A stretch of DNA of 64,000 nt from NCBI GenBank assembly GCA_964016885.1, contig OZ024757.1, positions 4,526,001 through 4,590,000 of the forward strand. Direction: 5' to 3'. Source of the DNA: Eledone cirrhosa. Lineage: Eukaryota. The position numbers were made by a program, and so were the translations under genes. Under the pieces are notes generated by a model that saw nothing but the letters and a program-made list of their open reading frames with translations, did not search any database and was not told the origin of the DNA. Below are positions 24,086 through 37,508 of this stretch, piece after piece. Position 1 is the stretch's first letter, and each line of letters opens with the position of its first letter.

Positions 24086-26303
24086 CATCATCATCACCGT
24101 TTTACGTCCGTTCTTCCACGCTAGCATGGGTTAGACGGGTTGTCCTGTTGTGGGCAGTGTCTGGTCGGCTGACCATGCCTTGCTCATACAGGAACTGATT
24201 TGGCTTGGTTTCTACAGCTGGATGCCCTTCCTAACACCAACCTCATTTACAGTGAGTGCTGGGTACTTTTTTCGTGGCGCCTAGACGTCCACTTTACAGT
24301 GTGGGCTGGGTGCTTTTTTTCCGTGGCACCTCCACGACCAACTTACAGTGGGGGGTGTGGGGGCATATTGTCTATATGCTTCAGCTTGTACCCATGGGAG
24401 GTCGGGTACTCTGTATTACAGCGTGACGCCAGAAGTCACGGTCGTGTGTCATTGTCTTTGAGAGGTGTAATTGGGTAAGGTCGGCTTTTATCACCTCATC
24501 CCAGGTCATCTTGGGTCTCCCCACTCCGCGGTTTCCATCAACTTCTAGTGCTCTGCACCTTTTTATGCAGCTATCATCCTTCATACGCATCACATGTCCA
24601 TACCAGCGCAACCGCCTCTCCTGCACACAGCATTTGATTCCTCTTATGCTCAGTCTCTCTCTCAATTCATTTATGCTTTGTCGTTCACGTATATTATTGT
24701 TACACATCCATCGGAGCATGCAGGCTTCGTTTCTCTCTAATCTACGTAAGTCTTCCACCTTCAGCCCCCAGGTCTCGCTACCATGCAACATCGCTGTTCG
24801 GATACACGCATCATACAGTCTGCCTTTCATTCTGAGGGAGAAGCCTTTTGCAGCTAGCAGTGGTAGTAGTTCCCTAAACTTCTTCCATCCCGTTCTTACC
24901 CTAGTTATTGCACTTTCTGAACACCCACCTCCGTTGCTAATTCGGTCACCTAGGTAGCAGAAGCTGTCAACTGTTTCTACAGGGCTCTCCCAGAGATTGG
25001 TGGTACTTGTTTCCTGTGGCTGTTTGCTGTTTGCTGTCTCAGCACAGCTGCTGCATGTGAATCCTACATTCTTAATTAAGCTTCCTGAGATCCCGCTACA
25101 TCTCTTGTGTACCCATTGTTTGCATTTGGGGCAGAGAATGGAGTTCCTACCTACACCTTTCCTACATACTGAGCAAGGCCATTTCCCTGAGGGGATCTGG
25201 GTTCTGTTTTCTCGTCTACTTACAAGGACCTTAGTCTTTGTCATGTTGACTTTGAGACCCTTTCTTTCTAGTCCCTGCTTCCAGGTTTGGAATTTATTCT
25301 CTAGTTCTACCATAGATTCAGCTATGAGTGCGAGGTCATCAGCATACAGGAGTTCCCATGGGCATCCGGTCTTAAACTCCTCCGTTATTGCCTGCAGGAC
25401 TATGATGAACAGGAGAGGGCTAAGAACAGAGCCCTGGTGGACCCCAACCTGTACGCTAAATTCCTCGCTATACTCATTGCTAATCCTAACTTTGCTGACT
25501 GCTCCCCTATACATGGCTTGTACCGCTTTCACAAGCCATTCATCTACTCCTAGTTTTCTAAGAGCCCACCAGATTACAGCGCGTGGAACTCTGTCAAAGG
25601 CTTTCTCAAGGTCGACAAATGCCAGGTAGAGTGGCTTACTTTTAGCTAGGTACTTTTCCTGTAATTGCCTCACAAGGAAGAGGGCATCAGTGGTGCCTCT
25701 TCCTGGTACAAACCCAAATTGCATCTCGTCTATTTTCACCCGGTCCCTAATCAGCTGTGCTATAACTCTTTCTGTTACTTTCATGACCTGGTCCATCAAC
25801 TTTATACCTCTATAGTTTCCTCTATCTAGTGCATCGCCTTTACCTTTGTAGCAGTTGACAATGATGCTACTGCACCAATCTTTTGGTATGGCCCCTTCTA
25901 GTATTACCTGGTTAACGATACGTGTGGTTATAGTGTGACCTACAGACCCAGATGCCTTCAGCATCTCGGCAGCTATACCCGATGGACCGGTTGCCTTCCC
26001 CATCTTCATATCTCTGATTGCCTTACTTACTACGCTGCCGCTGACTTGTACTGCTGGTCCCTCTATAGGGTCTACTTGAGGTAGGGTCTCTTCTTCCCAT
26101 GCATTCTCCTCATTTAGTAATCTATCATAATGACTCTTCCATGCATCTTTCTTCTCAGCACTTGTGAGGGCAAGCTCACCTTTATCATTCCGGATGCACT
26201 TCTCTCCAATGACATCACAACTATCTCTGACACACTGCCTCGCAATCTTGAATACCTCCTGTTTCTGGTCATCACGTTGTAAAACATGCTTGAATTCCTC
26301 ACG
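24085..26303 (-). mobile_element. RTE-clade LINE, 5'-truncated. RT ORF 24381-26009, 3' UTR and (GAT)n tail
   Basis: [50 protein letters not shown]. Flanked by (TA)n. Confidence 0.95.
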
Positions 26304-26334
26304 TATATATACATATATATATATACATATATAT

Positions 26335-26500
26335 CATTTCAATTTTTTCAATTCATTTTACGTCCGCTTTTCCCTGCTTGCAAGGGTGGAACGGGAATTG
26401 ATTCTGGCTTGATTTCTACAGCTGGATGCCCTTCCTAACACCAACCTCATTTACAGTGAGTGCTGGGTGCTTTTTTGCCGTAGCATCTACACGACCACTT
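26335..26500 (-). mobile_element. 5'-truncated SINE family 1 (tail only)
   Basis: Matches the 3' half of 29369-29769. Confidence 0.8.
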
Positions 26501-26544
<44 letters not shown>

Positions 26545-26656
26545 TAAGAGGAATTCCAACTTTGTCTGATTTACTCGTTTTATTTACAATCCTTTAAAAT
26601 TTATAATGGTATTATAATGAAATAGTACGATAGAATATTAAATTCTAAGTGTTAAT

Positions 26657-26695
26657 TGAACAAGTACTTTCATGCTTTCGCAATCTTCAGGTTCA
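26657..26695 (-). ncRNA. Minimal type I hammerhead ribozyme in the PLE 3' end
   Basis: Minus strand reads tgaac CTGAAGA ttgcgaaagcat GAAA gtac TT gttca. The palindromic stem III is typical of PLE hammerheads. Confidence 0.85.
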
Positions 26696-27011
26696 TAATA
26701 TGTGGTGACAGTCAAGTTTGCAATTTTCAACTGTAATAAGATGGGTAAATTTTCTACCTTTTATACATTTTATACAGGGAAAAGTGGCTCCAGAATGCTA
26801 AATCTTGCAAACTGTATTTCGACCAATCAGTGTGTAGTTTCACTGAATTACTAAAGCTGATTGGTTTAAGCGTCACACGGCTGGTTGAGCATGTCTAACG
26901 ACCAATAATTAATCATATCCAAAGCATCAATTGTTTTGCTATTTTTAGAAATGATGAAAATAGCATTTTCTATTAATCATCACCATCAACATCACTTTTA
27001 TTATTATTATT

Positions 27012-27044
<33 letters not shown>

Positions 27045-29368
27045 AGTGGTCGTAGTCATAGTCATAGTAGAAGTAATACCCCTAAGCGTTATTATTGTTC
27101 ATTTAGCTTGGGTTTGAATTTATCAATAAAATTATTTTCTTTGATTTTTCTCTTGATTTCACTTGGGCTGTGTAATTTGTAGAATGGGAATATTATAAAT
27201 ATTCCCTGACCACATGTTGCTAGATGGTTACTTAGAGGTATCTGACGGACATTTGGGTCTCTGATTTGTTGACGGTGTACCTGTGCACATTCCGCTAGTG
27301 CATTTCCAGTTTGACCGACATATAGTTCTTCACAATTCGGGCATTTAATGCAGTAAATTAGATTTCTGCTTTTGCAGTTCATATTTGCATTTGGGAATAT
27401 TTTTCCAGTTTTTGTTTTCATATATTGACCGGCGTGTATGGATTGACATGTGCCGCATCGACTATCATTGCATTTAGATACAGTGAATGATTGGTCTTTG
27501 TTGTTAAGGTCAAACTTTGCTTTTGTTAGTAATTGCTTCAAATTTTTTGGCTGTCTTTTAGTAAGAGTCAAAGATCGATCTGTGATTAAACCTTTTAATT
27601 CATTACTTTGAGCAATGATCGGTAGGTTTGCTTTGGCAGTGTTGAAGATATTCTGGTGACATGGGTTGTGTGTCATTATAAATGGTATGACCAGTTCTTG
27701 GTTTCTTCTTCCTTGGGTTGTCCTAAGTTGTTGTATAGGTATTTTTATAGACCACTGTATGCCATTTTCTATAAGTAGAGATGAGTATTTTTGTTTGAGC
27801 AAAAATTCTCTTAGTTCTGTTAGGCGTTTGTACCTGGTATTCGTATCTTTTACAATGGTACAAATTCTTCTGGCTAGGCAGTATGGGATGTTGCGTTTTG
27901 TATGAGGTGGATGGCACGACTTAAAATTCAGATATTGATGGGTGTCTGTGTGTTTATAATATATATCCGTGGTAATGGTGGTGTCGTTTTTGATTATCAT
28001 TATATCTAGGAATGGTAATTTGGTCCTACTCATCTCTTTTGTGAATTGGAGGATATTGAACTCATTTTGAGTATCTAGAGATTCTGTCCAGATGATGAAA
28101 CAGTCGTCAAGGTATCTCTTCCAAGATTTTTCAATGTACTTTCTAAAGTCAGTACTATATTTTTCCTCTATTTCTTGGTAGAGTTGTTGTTTTAAGTATC
28201 CCATTACAGAGTTCGCATAAACGGGAGCAAACTTCGTTCCCATCGCTGTACCTCTAATTTGGATGTAATTCTTTCCATTGAAGAAGAAAGTGTTGTTTTC
28301 CAGAATAAGTTTAACTGCGTCTAATATAAATGGCGCTGTGAATCTAATGGGAATCACTTCTCTATGTTTTTCCACCCAGTATTTAACCGCCTTTATTCCT
28401 AAATGATGTGTAATGTTGGTGTAAAGGCTTACCACATCAAAACTGAGTAGAAGTGAATTCGTTTCCGTGGTTTTGGGAAGATGGGACAGGAAGTCGATAT
28501 CATCCCGGATGAAACTGGGTATGTGAATACATAGTGGTTTCAAAATAATGTCAACAAAATTGCTTAGACGGTGGGTGGGGCATGTTGGACCAGCTATAAT
28601 AGGTCTAAGTTTTAAGTCTTTTGGGTGTAATAATTTAATGTACTCACTGTTTTGTTCTCTTACTGCCAGTTGTATTTCTTTTGACTTATGAACTTTCGGG
28701 AGGCCATACAGGTTGCTGGGTTTCGGCTCAAAATTGGTGATGTAGTCTCTTTCCTTATCAGTAAATGAGTTGTGGTATTTTGAAGCCAGGTTGTTGATCT
28801 TCTTCATGATGTTGTGGTCTATATTTGACGGTATTTCATGATAGAATGTTGTGTCTTTCAGTTGTTCCTCAACCAAATCCTTGTAGTATTCAGTATCCAT
28901 TATAACAACTGCACCCCCTTTATCTGCTTGTTTAATTATTATTGTTTTATCATTTTGTATACGTTTAAGTGCAGACATTTCTGATTTGTTAATGTTTGGC
29001 CTAACATTAGTATTATGTCTAAAAGGAAATTTAGACAGGATGTCAATGTATTGGTCGAGATAGATATTTCTTCCATTTGGCGGAGTGAAATTTGATTTAT
29101 TCTTTACTAGTGATTCATCACTCTCATTACTTTTATCAGCGAAGAATTCTACAAGACGTAATTTTCGACATAATTCTTGGGTATCCTCCTTCAGTTCTTG
29201 GTGGTTGACTGTTGGAGTCGGTGTGAATTTCAGTCCTTTTGACAGAATTTGTATTTCATCATTGACAAGATCTCTTTTAGATAAATTAATTATTTTAGGA
29301 TCTACGTGTACAGTTGTTTTGGGTATGTTTCCTCCTGGAGTTTTTCTTTTTCCGGTTTTTGTTGTCCT

Positions 29369-29769
29369 AGGCACATGGCTTAGTATGGAGGCACATGGCT
29401 TAGTGGTTAAAGCAATGGAGGCACATGGCTTAGTGGTTAAAGCATTGGCCTTGCAATCGAAAGGTTGTGAGTTCAATTCTCAGACCGGGTGATGTGTTGT
29501 TTCCTTGAGCAAGACACTTTATTTCACATTGCTCCAGTTTACTCAGCTGTAGAAATGAGATGATAGGGACTGCGATCCCTATCATTCCACTGTAAAGTGG
29601 TCGTGAAGGTGCCACGGCAAAAAAGCACCCAGCACTCACTGTAAATGAGGTTGGTGTTAGGAAGGGCATCCAGCTGTAGAAATCAAGCCAGAATCAGTTC
29701 CCGTCCCACCCTTGCAAGCAGGGAAAAATCGGACGTAAAATGAAATGATGATGATGATGATGATGATGA
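29369..29769 (+). mobile_element. CORE-SINE family 1 with a triplicated (stuttered) 5' end
   Basis: GGCACATGGCTTAGT occurs three times at increasing length, followed by the full body and (GAT)n. Confidence 0.9.
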
Positions 29770-30088
29770 CGTTAAAAAATGGATTTTTCTCTGTTCAGGA
29801 TTTATATTCCTGTTGGTGTTCGCTTGATGAACTTTTGGTCGTGATATTATATTTGGTTTCGTTATGTATTTTGTCCTATTTTTGGTATTATGTATATTAT
29901 TTTTCCTGTAAGCATTATTTTTAACATTTTATTGATAAATTCAAACCCAAGCTAAATGAACAATAAAAACGCTTAGAGGTATTACTTCTACTATGACTAT
30001 GACTACGACCACTAACAACAATAACAACAACAATAATAATAATAATAAAAGTGATGTTGATGGTGATGATTAATAGAAAATGCTATAT

Positions 30089-30436
30089 AGTGTATTGCAA
30101 AATACATTATATATACATCCATATATATATTGCTATTTCAGAGCTCCAATTCTAATTTTTAGTTTCTGCCTGACCAACAACCGCTATGCATAATCAGCTC
30201 CTGATTATTTACTAGATTTCTATAAGAATATAACATCAATGATCTCAGCAAACAGGTGGGGTAGTTGGCCTTGATAAGCTTCAACCAAAGCGAAACAAGT
30301 CTTGTCGGCTTATCTCCCCTGTTTGCTGAGATCAAAGTGAGTGAATTTGTCACTACTATAGAACAATAGCTTACGGTCTTCAAAATGCTTTTAATTAAGC
30401 ATAAAGTGTATTGCAAAATACATTATATATACATCC

Positions 30437-30446
<10 letters not shown>
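30089..30446 (+). mobile_element. 316 bp non-coding hammerhead unit bounded by a 42 bp direct repeat
   Basis: AGTGTATTGCAAAATACATTATATATACATCCATATATATAT at 30089-30130 and 30405-30446. Confidence 0.65.
30240..30334 (+). ncRNA. Type I hammerhead ribozyme, U3-A8 core variant, with a long stem I extension
   Basis: tgatctcagcaaacagg...ggcc TTGATAA gctt caacca aagc GAAA caagtcttg TC ggct...cctgtttgctgagatca. Confidence 0.82.
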
Positions 30447-30875
<429 letters not shown>

Positions 30876-33800
30876 ATCTACGGTGACAGTAATATCTGCG
30901 TACGCACCCCAATCTGGACTGCCCGGCACTATAAAAGACAGATTCTATGAGACACTGATGCTAACTACCTCCCAAATATCCGACAGTGACTATATAATTA
31001 TCGCAGGCGACCTAAATGGTCACGTTGGACAACATTGTGACGGCTACGACGAAATCCATGGAGGCTATGGGTTTGGTACTAGAAATGAGGAAGGCTCCAG
31101 AATCCTGGAATTCTGTGATGCAAATAACCTAACTATCTGTAACACTAACTTCAAAAAACGTGACAATCACCTGATCACCTATAGATCCGGGGAACACACA
31201 AGCCAGGTAGATTATATCCTTACCAGAAGACGTGACAGAGTGTCTGTTGTAAACACTAAATCCCTCCCCCATGAAGAATGCACCTCCCAACATAGACTGA
31301 TAATTAGCGACCTCATAGTCAGGACGAGACGTACTCGACAGCAGAAGAGGACTATCCTCAGGAGAAAAATATGGAAGCTAAAGGACCCCACAGCCAGGAA
31401 TAAATTTCAAAGCATATTACTTGATGCTTTCGACAGTAAGGAAGAACATTTAGAGTCGGACATTATAGAGGGAGAGTGGGAATTTCTGAAAGCAAACCTG
31501 CTGTTGGCGACAGACGAAGTCTGTGGCTGGAGCAGGCCTGTAGGCAGGAGGAGAGTAACATGGTGGTGGAACAGTAAGGTGGAGGGGTCAATTAAGGCCA
31601 AAAAGCAGGCTTGGAAAGTATGGCGGGATGGGGGAAGTAGAGAGGACTATCAAGTGGCCAGGAGGGAAGCTAGGAGACAAGTGTACTTAGCAAGAAGGGA
31701 AGCTGAGGAAAGAAAGTTCAAGCATGTTCTACAACGCGATGACCAAAAACGTGAGGTGTTCAGGATTGCTAGGCAATGTGTCAAGGAAAACCGTGATATT
31801 GTCGGGGAGAAGTGTGTACTAAACGACGATGGCACACTTGCCATCACCGACGCTGATAAGAAGGTAGCTTGGAAGTGTCACTATGAAAGGCTACTAAATG
31901 AGGAGAATAAATGGGAGAAAGACAGTCTCCCCCATATCGACCCAATAGAGGGACCAGCAGTGTTAGTCGAGGGGAGTATAATAAGTAAGGCAATCAAGGA
32001 TATGAAGACGGGTAAGGCGGCTGGGCCTTCGGAAATAGTTGCTGAGATGCTGAAGGCATCTGGCACGGTGGGACACACCATGGTCACCCGCATAGTTAAC
32101 CAAGTCGTACAGAATGGGGTTGTTCCGAAGGACTGGCATAGCAGCATCATCGTTAACTGTTATAAGGGTAAAGGAGACGCCCTAGATAGGAGTAACTATA
32201 GAGGCATTAAATTAATCGACCAGGTCATGAAGGTCACGGAAAAAGTAATAGCGCAACTAATCAGAGAGAGAATTGACCTAGATGAAATGCAGTTCGGGTT
32301 TGTGTCAGGCAAAAGTACCACAGACGCTCTTTTCATAGTACGACAACTACAGGAGAAGTACCTAGCTAAAGGTAAACCCCTCTACTTAGCTTTTGTCGAC
32401 TTGGAGAAAGCCTTCGACAGAGTCCCCCGCTCCATTATCTGGTGGGCTCTTAGATGGTGGGCTCTTAGAAAACTAGGCGTTGACGAATGGCTTGTGAGGG
32501 CTATACAAGCCATGTATAAAGAAACAGTCAGCAAGGTTAGAATTAACAACGAATATAGTGAAGAGTTTAGCGTAAAAGTTGGCGTCCATCAGGGCTCTGT
32601 TCTCAGCCCACTACTATTTATTATTGCCCTTCAGGCTATAACAGAGGAGTTCAAGACAGGCTGCCCATGGGAACTCCTATACGCAGATGACCTGACACTC
32701 ATAGCGGAATCAATGGCCGAGCTAGAGAAGAAATTCCAAACATGGAAGCACGGCCTAGAGTCAAAAGGACTTAAAATTAACCTGGCTAAGACCAAAGTAC
32801 TAGTTTGTAGGAAAGAAAACAAGGCGGCGGTCCCTTCTGGGAAATGGTCGTGCTCGGTGTGTAGGAAAGGCGTAGGTAGAAACTCCATTTTATGTCCTAA
32901 ATGCAAAGTATGGGTGCATAAAAGATGTAGTGGGATCACAGGTAAGCTAACTAAGAACATAGATTTTACATGTGGCCGGTGCTCTGGTGCAATAAGTAGC
33001 AGCAAGTGCCCACAAAATACTAGCTCTTTCAATTGCGCAGAGGGTTCTATAGAAATAGTGGACAGCTTCCGTTACCTGGGCGATAAAATCAGCAGTGGGG
33101 GAGGGTGCTCTGAAAGTACTGTAGCTAGAGTCAGAACTGGTTGGAAAAAGTTCAGAGAGCTTATACCACTATTAGCTGCTAAAGGGTTCTCACTAAAAAT
33201 GAAAGGCAGGTTGTACGATGCCTGCATACGAACAGCAATGCTGCATGGCAGTGAGACCTGGGCATTGTGTGCAGAGGATATACGCAGACTAGAGAGGAAC
33301 GAAGCTTGCATGCTCCACTGGATGTGTAACAGTAATATACGTGAACGGCAAAGCATAAACGAACTAAGGAAAAAATTAGAGATAAGAGGGATCAGATGTT
33401 GTTTACTCGAGAGAAGGCTACGTTGGTATGGACACGTGATGCGCATGAAAGTCGATAGCTGTATAACAAAGTGCAGGGCAATAAAGATAGATGGTAGTCA
33501 CGGAATAGGCAGACCTAGAAAAACCTGGGACGAGCTGATAAACTCCGACATCACACACTTACACCTCTCCAAGACAAAGGCACTGGACCGAGACCTTTGG
33601 CGGTACTCAGTAACAGAGAAGACCCGCCTTACCTAAATATATAGTAAAACCTACTCCAGCCAGTAGGCATCTCTAACAAAATACACCCCGTCCCACCACC
33701 CCCACCCCCACCCCATCCACACCACCCCGTTCTATGTAAAGTTATGTTGGTGCTGCGCCATCGAGGCCGAAACAAATGAGATCGTGTAGGTGTCACGACA

Positions 33801-34035
33801 AAAAAACACACAGTCCACGCTGTAATGTGGCCGTGTAGGCAACACGGTAAAAACCTCCCAGACCCACACTGTAAATGTGGTTGGTGTTAGGAAGGGCATC
33901 CAACTGTAGAAAACCTGCCAGACAGTCCTATGCGAGCAAGACAATCACTCTTGCCTCAAGTGGGACTACCCCCGTCCAAACCCATGCAAGCGTGGAACAC
34001 GGACGTTAAACGTTGATGATGATGATGATGATGAT
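30876..34035 (+). mobile_element. RTE-clade LINE, 5'-truncated inside the APE domain. ORF open to 33636
   Basis: [27 protein letters not shown], then complete RT motifs, 3' UTR and (GAT)n tail. Confidence 0.95.
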
Positions 34036-34081
34036 ATATATATATATATACATATATATACATATATATATATATACATAC

Positions 34082-34130
<49 letters not shown>

Positions 34131-34139
34131 CATATATAC

Positions 34140-34188
<49 letters not shown>

Positions 34189-34227
34189 CATATATACATA
34201 TATATACATATATATATATATACATAC

Positions 34228-34274
<47 letters not shown>

Positions 34275-34283
34275 CATATATAC

Positions 34284-34346
<63 letters not shown>

Positions 34347-34492
34347 CAAATATATATATATACATATATATATATACATATATATATATACATATATATA
34401 TATATAACATATATATATATACATATATATATATATACATACATATATATATACATATATACATATATACATATACATATATACATATATAC

Positions 34493-34579
<87 letters not shown>

Positions 34580-34610
34580 TACATATATATATATATACAT
34601 ATATACATAT

Positions 34611-34643
<33 letters not shown>

Positions 34644-34678
34644 TATATACATATATATATATATACATATATACATAT

Positions 34679-34731
<53 letters not shown>

Positions 34732-34772
34732 CATACATATATATATATACATACATACATACATATATATAC

Positions 34773-34839
<67 letters not shown>

Positions 34840-34850
34840 TAAACATATAT
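34036..34850. repeat. (TA)n/(TATACA)n tract, ~815 bp
   Basis: Seen directly. Confidence 0.97.
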
Positions 34851-37228
34851 AGAAGACTATCAAGTGGCCAGGAGGGAAGCTAGGAGACAAGTGTACTTCG
34901 CAAGAAGGGAAACTGAGGAAAGAAAGTTCAAGCATCTTCTACAACGTGAGGACCAAAAACGTGAGGTGTTCAGGATTGCCAGGCAATGTGTCAAGGAAAA
35001 CCGTGATATTGTCGGGGAGAAGTGTGTACTTAACGATGATGGCATACTTGCCATCACCGAGGCTGATAAGAAGGTAGCTTGGAAGTGTCACTACGAAAGG
35101 CTTCTAAATGAGGAGAACAAATGGGAGAAAGACAGTCTCCCCCACATCGACCCAATAGAGGGACCAGCAGTGTTAGTCCAGGGTAGTACAATAAGCAAGG
35201 CAATCAAAGATATGAAGACGGGTAAGGCGGCTGGGCCTTCGGAAATAGTTGCTGAGATGCTGAAGGCATCTGGTTCGGTGGGACACACCATGGTCACCCG
35301 GATAGTTAACCAAGTCGTACAGAATGGGGTTGTTCTGAAGGACTGGCGTAGCAGCATCATCGTTAACTGCTATAAGGGAAAAGGAGATGCCCTAGATAGG
35401 AGTAACTATAGAGGCATTAAATTAATCGACCAGGTCATGAAGGTCACGGAAAAAGTAATAGCGCAACTAATCAGAGAGAGAATTGATCTAGATGAAATGC
35501 AGTTCGGGTTTGTGTCAGGCAAAAGTACCACAGAGGCTCTTTTCATTGTACGACAACTACAGGAGAAGTACCTAGCTAAAAGTAAACCCCTATACTTAGC
35601 TTTCGTCGACTTGGAGAAAGCCTTCGATAGAGTCCCCCGTTCCATTATCTGGTGGTCTCTTAGAAAACTAGGTGTTGACGAATGGCTTGTGAGAGCTATA
35701 CAAGCCATGTATAAAGAAACAGTCAGTAAGGTTAGAATTAACAACGAATATAGTGAAGAGTTTAGCGTAAAAGTTGGTGTCCATCAGGGCTCTGTTCTTA
35801 GCCCCCTACTATTTATTATTGCCCTTCAGGCTATAACAGAGGAGTTCAAGACCGGCTGCCCATGGGAACTCCTATACGCAGATGATCTAACGCTCATAGC
35901 TGAATCAATGACCGAACTAGAGAAGAAATTCCAAATATGGAAGCACGGCCTAGAATCAAAAGGCCTTAAAATTAACCTGGCTAAGACTAAAGTTCTAGTT
36001 TGTAGGAAAGAAAATAAGGCGGCGGTCCCATCTGGGAAATGGCCATGCTCGGTGTGTAGGAAAGGCGTAGGTAGAAACTCCATTTTATGTCCCAAATGCA
36101 AAGTATGGGTGCATAAAAGATGTAGTGGGATCACAGGTAAGCTAACTAAGAACATAGATATTACATGTGGCCGGTGCTCTGGTGCAATAAGTAGCAGCAA
36201 GTGCCCACAAAATACTAGCTCTTTCAACTGCGCAGAGGGTTCTATAGAAATAGTGGACAGCTTCCGTTACCTGGGTGACAAAATCAGCAGTGGGGGAGGG
36301 TGCTCTGAGAGTACAGTAGCTAGAGTCAGAACTGGATGGAAAAAGTTCAGAGAGCTTATACCACTATTAGCCGCTAGAGGGTTCTCCCTAAAAATGAAAG
36401 GCAGGTTATACGATGCCTGCATACGAACAGCAATGTGCATGGCAGTGAGACCTGGGCATTGTGTGCAGAGGATATACGCAGACTAGAGAGGAACGAAGCT
36501 TGCATGCTCCGCTGGATGTGCAATAGTAATATATGTGAACGGCAAAGCATAAACGAACTAAGGAAAAAATTAGAAATAAGAGGGATCAGATGTTGTTTAC
36601 TCGAGAGAAGGCTACGTTGGTTCGGTCACGTGATGCGCATGAAAGACGACAGCTGTATAACAAAGTGCAGGGCAATAAAGATAGACGGTAGCCACGGAGT
36701 AGGCAGACCCAGAAAAACATGGGACGAGCTGATAAATTCCGACCTCACACGCTTACACCTCTCCAAGACAATGTCACTAGACCGAGACCTTTGGCGGTAC
36801 TCAGTAATAGAGAAGACCCGCCTTACCTAAATACAAAGTAAAAACCTACTACAGTCAGTAGGCATCTCTATCAAAACACACCCCCGTCCCACCACCTCCA
36901 CCCCATCCACACCGCCTCTTTCAATGTAAAGTTATGTTGGTCCCACAACATCCAGGCCGAAACAAATGAGATCGTGTAGGTGTCACGACAAAAAAACACA
37001 CAGTCCACACTGTAAATGTGGCCGTGTAGGCAACACGGTAAAAACCTCCCAGCCCCACACTGTAAATGTGGTTGGTGTTAGGAAGGGCATCCAGCTGTAG
37101 AAAACCCGCTAGACAGTCCTATGCGAGCAAGACAACCACTCTTGCCTCAAGTGGGAAAACCCCCGTCCAAACCCATGCAAGCGTGGAACACGGACGCTAA
37201 ACCTGATGATGATGATGATGATGATGAT
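34851..37228 (+). mobile_element. RTE-clade LINE, 5'-truncated, with a frameshift near 36435
   Basis: Highly similar to 31640-34035. The ORF is split into 34864-36486 and 36435-36830. Confidence 0.95.
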
Positions 37229-37256
37229 ATACATATATATATATATAAACATATAC

Positions 37257-37291
<35 letters not shown>

Positions 37292-37407
37292 CATATATAT
37301 ATACATATATATATACATATATATATAGTAATAATAATAAAATTGAAGACTAAAATCCAAAGAGGGCTCGATAAGGAAAATATTAATCAAATATATAAGA
37401 ACCGTAG

Positions 37408-37462
37408 AGCAAATATTTATTTCAGAAGATCCCGTTAAGGGTGAAAGCAGCGATTATTTGCT
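37408..37462 (+). ncRNA. Degenerate type I hammerhead in a ~165 bp island between (TA)n tracts
   Basis: agcaaata... CAGAAGA t ccc gttaa ggg t GAAA gcagc ga ...tatttgct. Core U4 and the cleavage triplet are mutated. Confidence 0.45.
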
Positions 37463-37508
37463 TAAACTTTAATCTGTTATTTTAATAAATATATATATAT
37501 ATATACAT

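Larger units (their letters stand above)
26542..30086 (-). mobile_element. Penelope-like element, Neptune-type. RT-GIY-YIG ORF open from ~29368 to 27092, SINE-interrupted 5' part, inverted terminal segment
   Basis: INLS..LSKGLKFTPT, KQADKGGAVVIM, YGLPKVHK, GTAMGTKFAP, RYLDD, LPFLD, CNDSRCGTC, LIYCIKC..YVGQT. 29927-30086 is the inverse of 26960-27131. Confidence 0.92.

Noticed and set aside
29369-29476. N-terminus of the 794 aa PLE ORF
   Set aside because: It is read through the antisense SINE head and is not PLE sequence.
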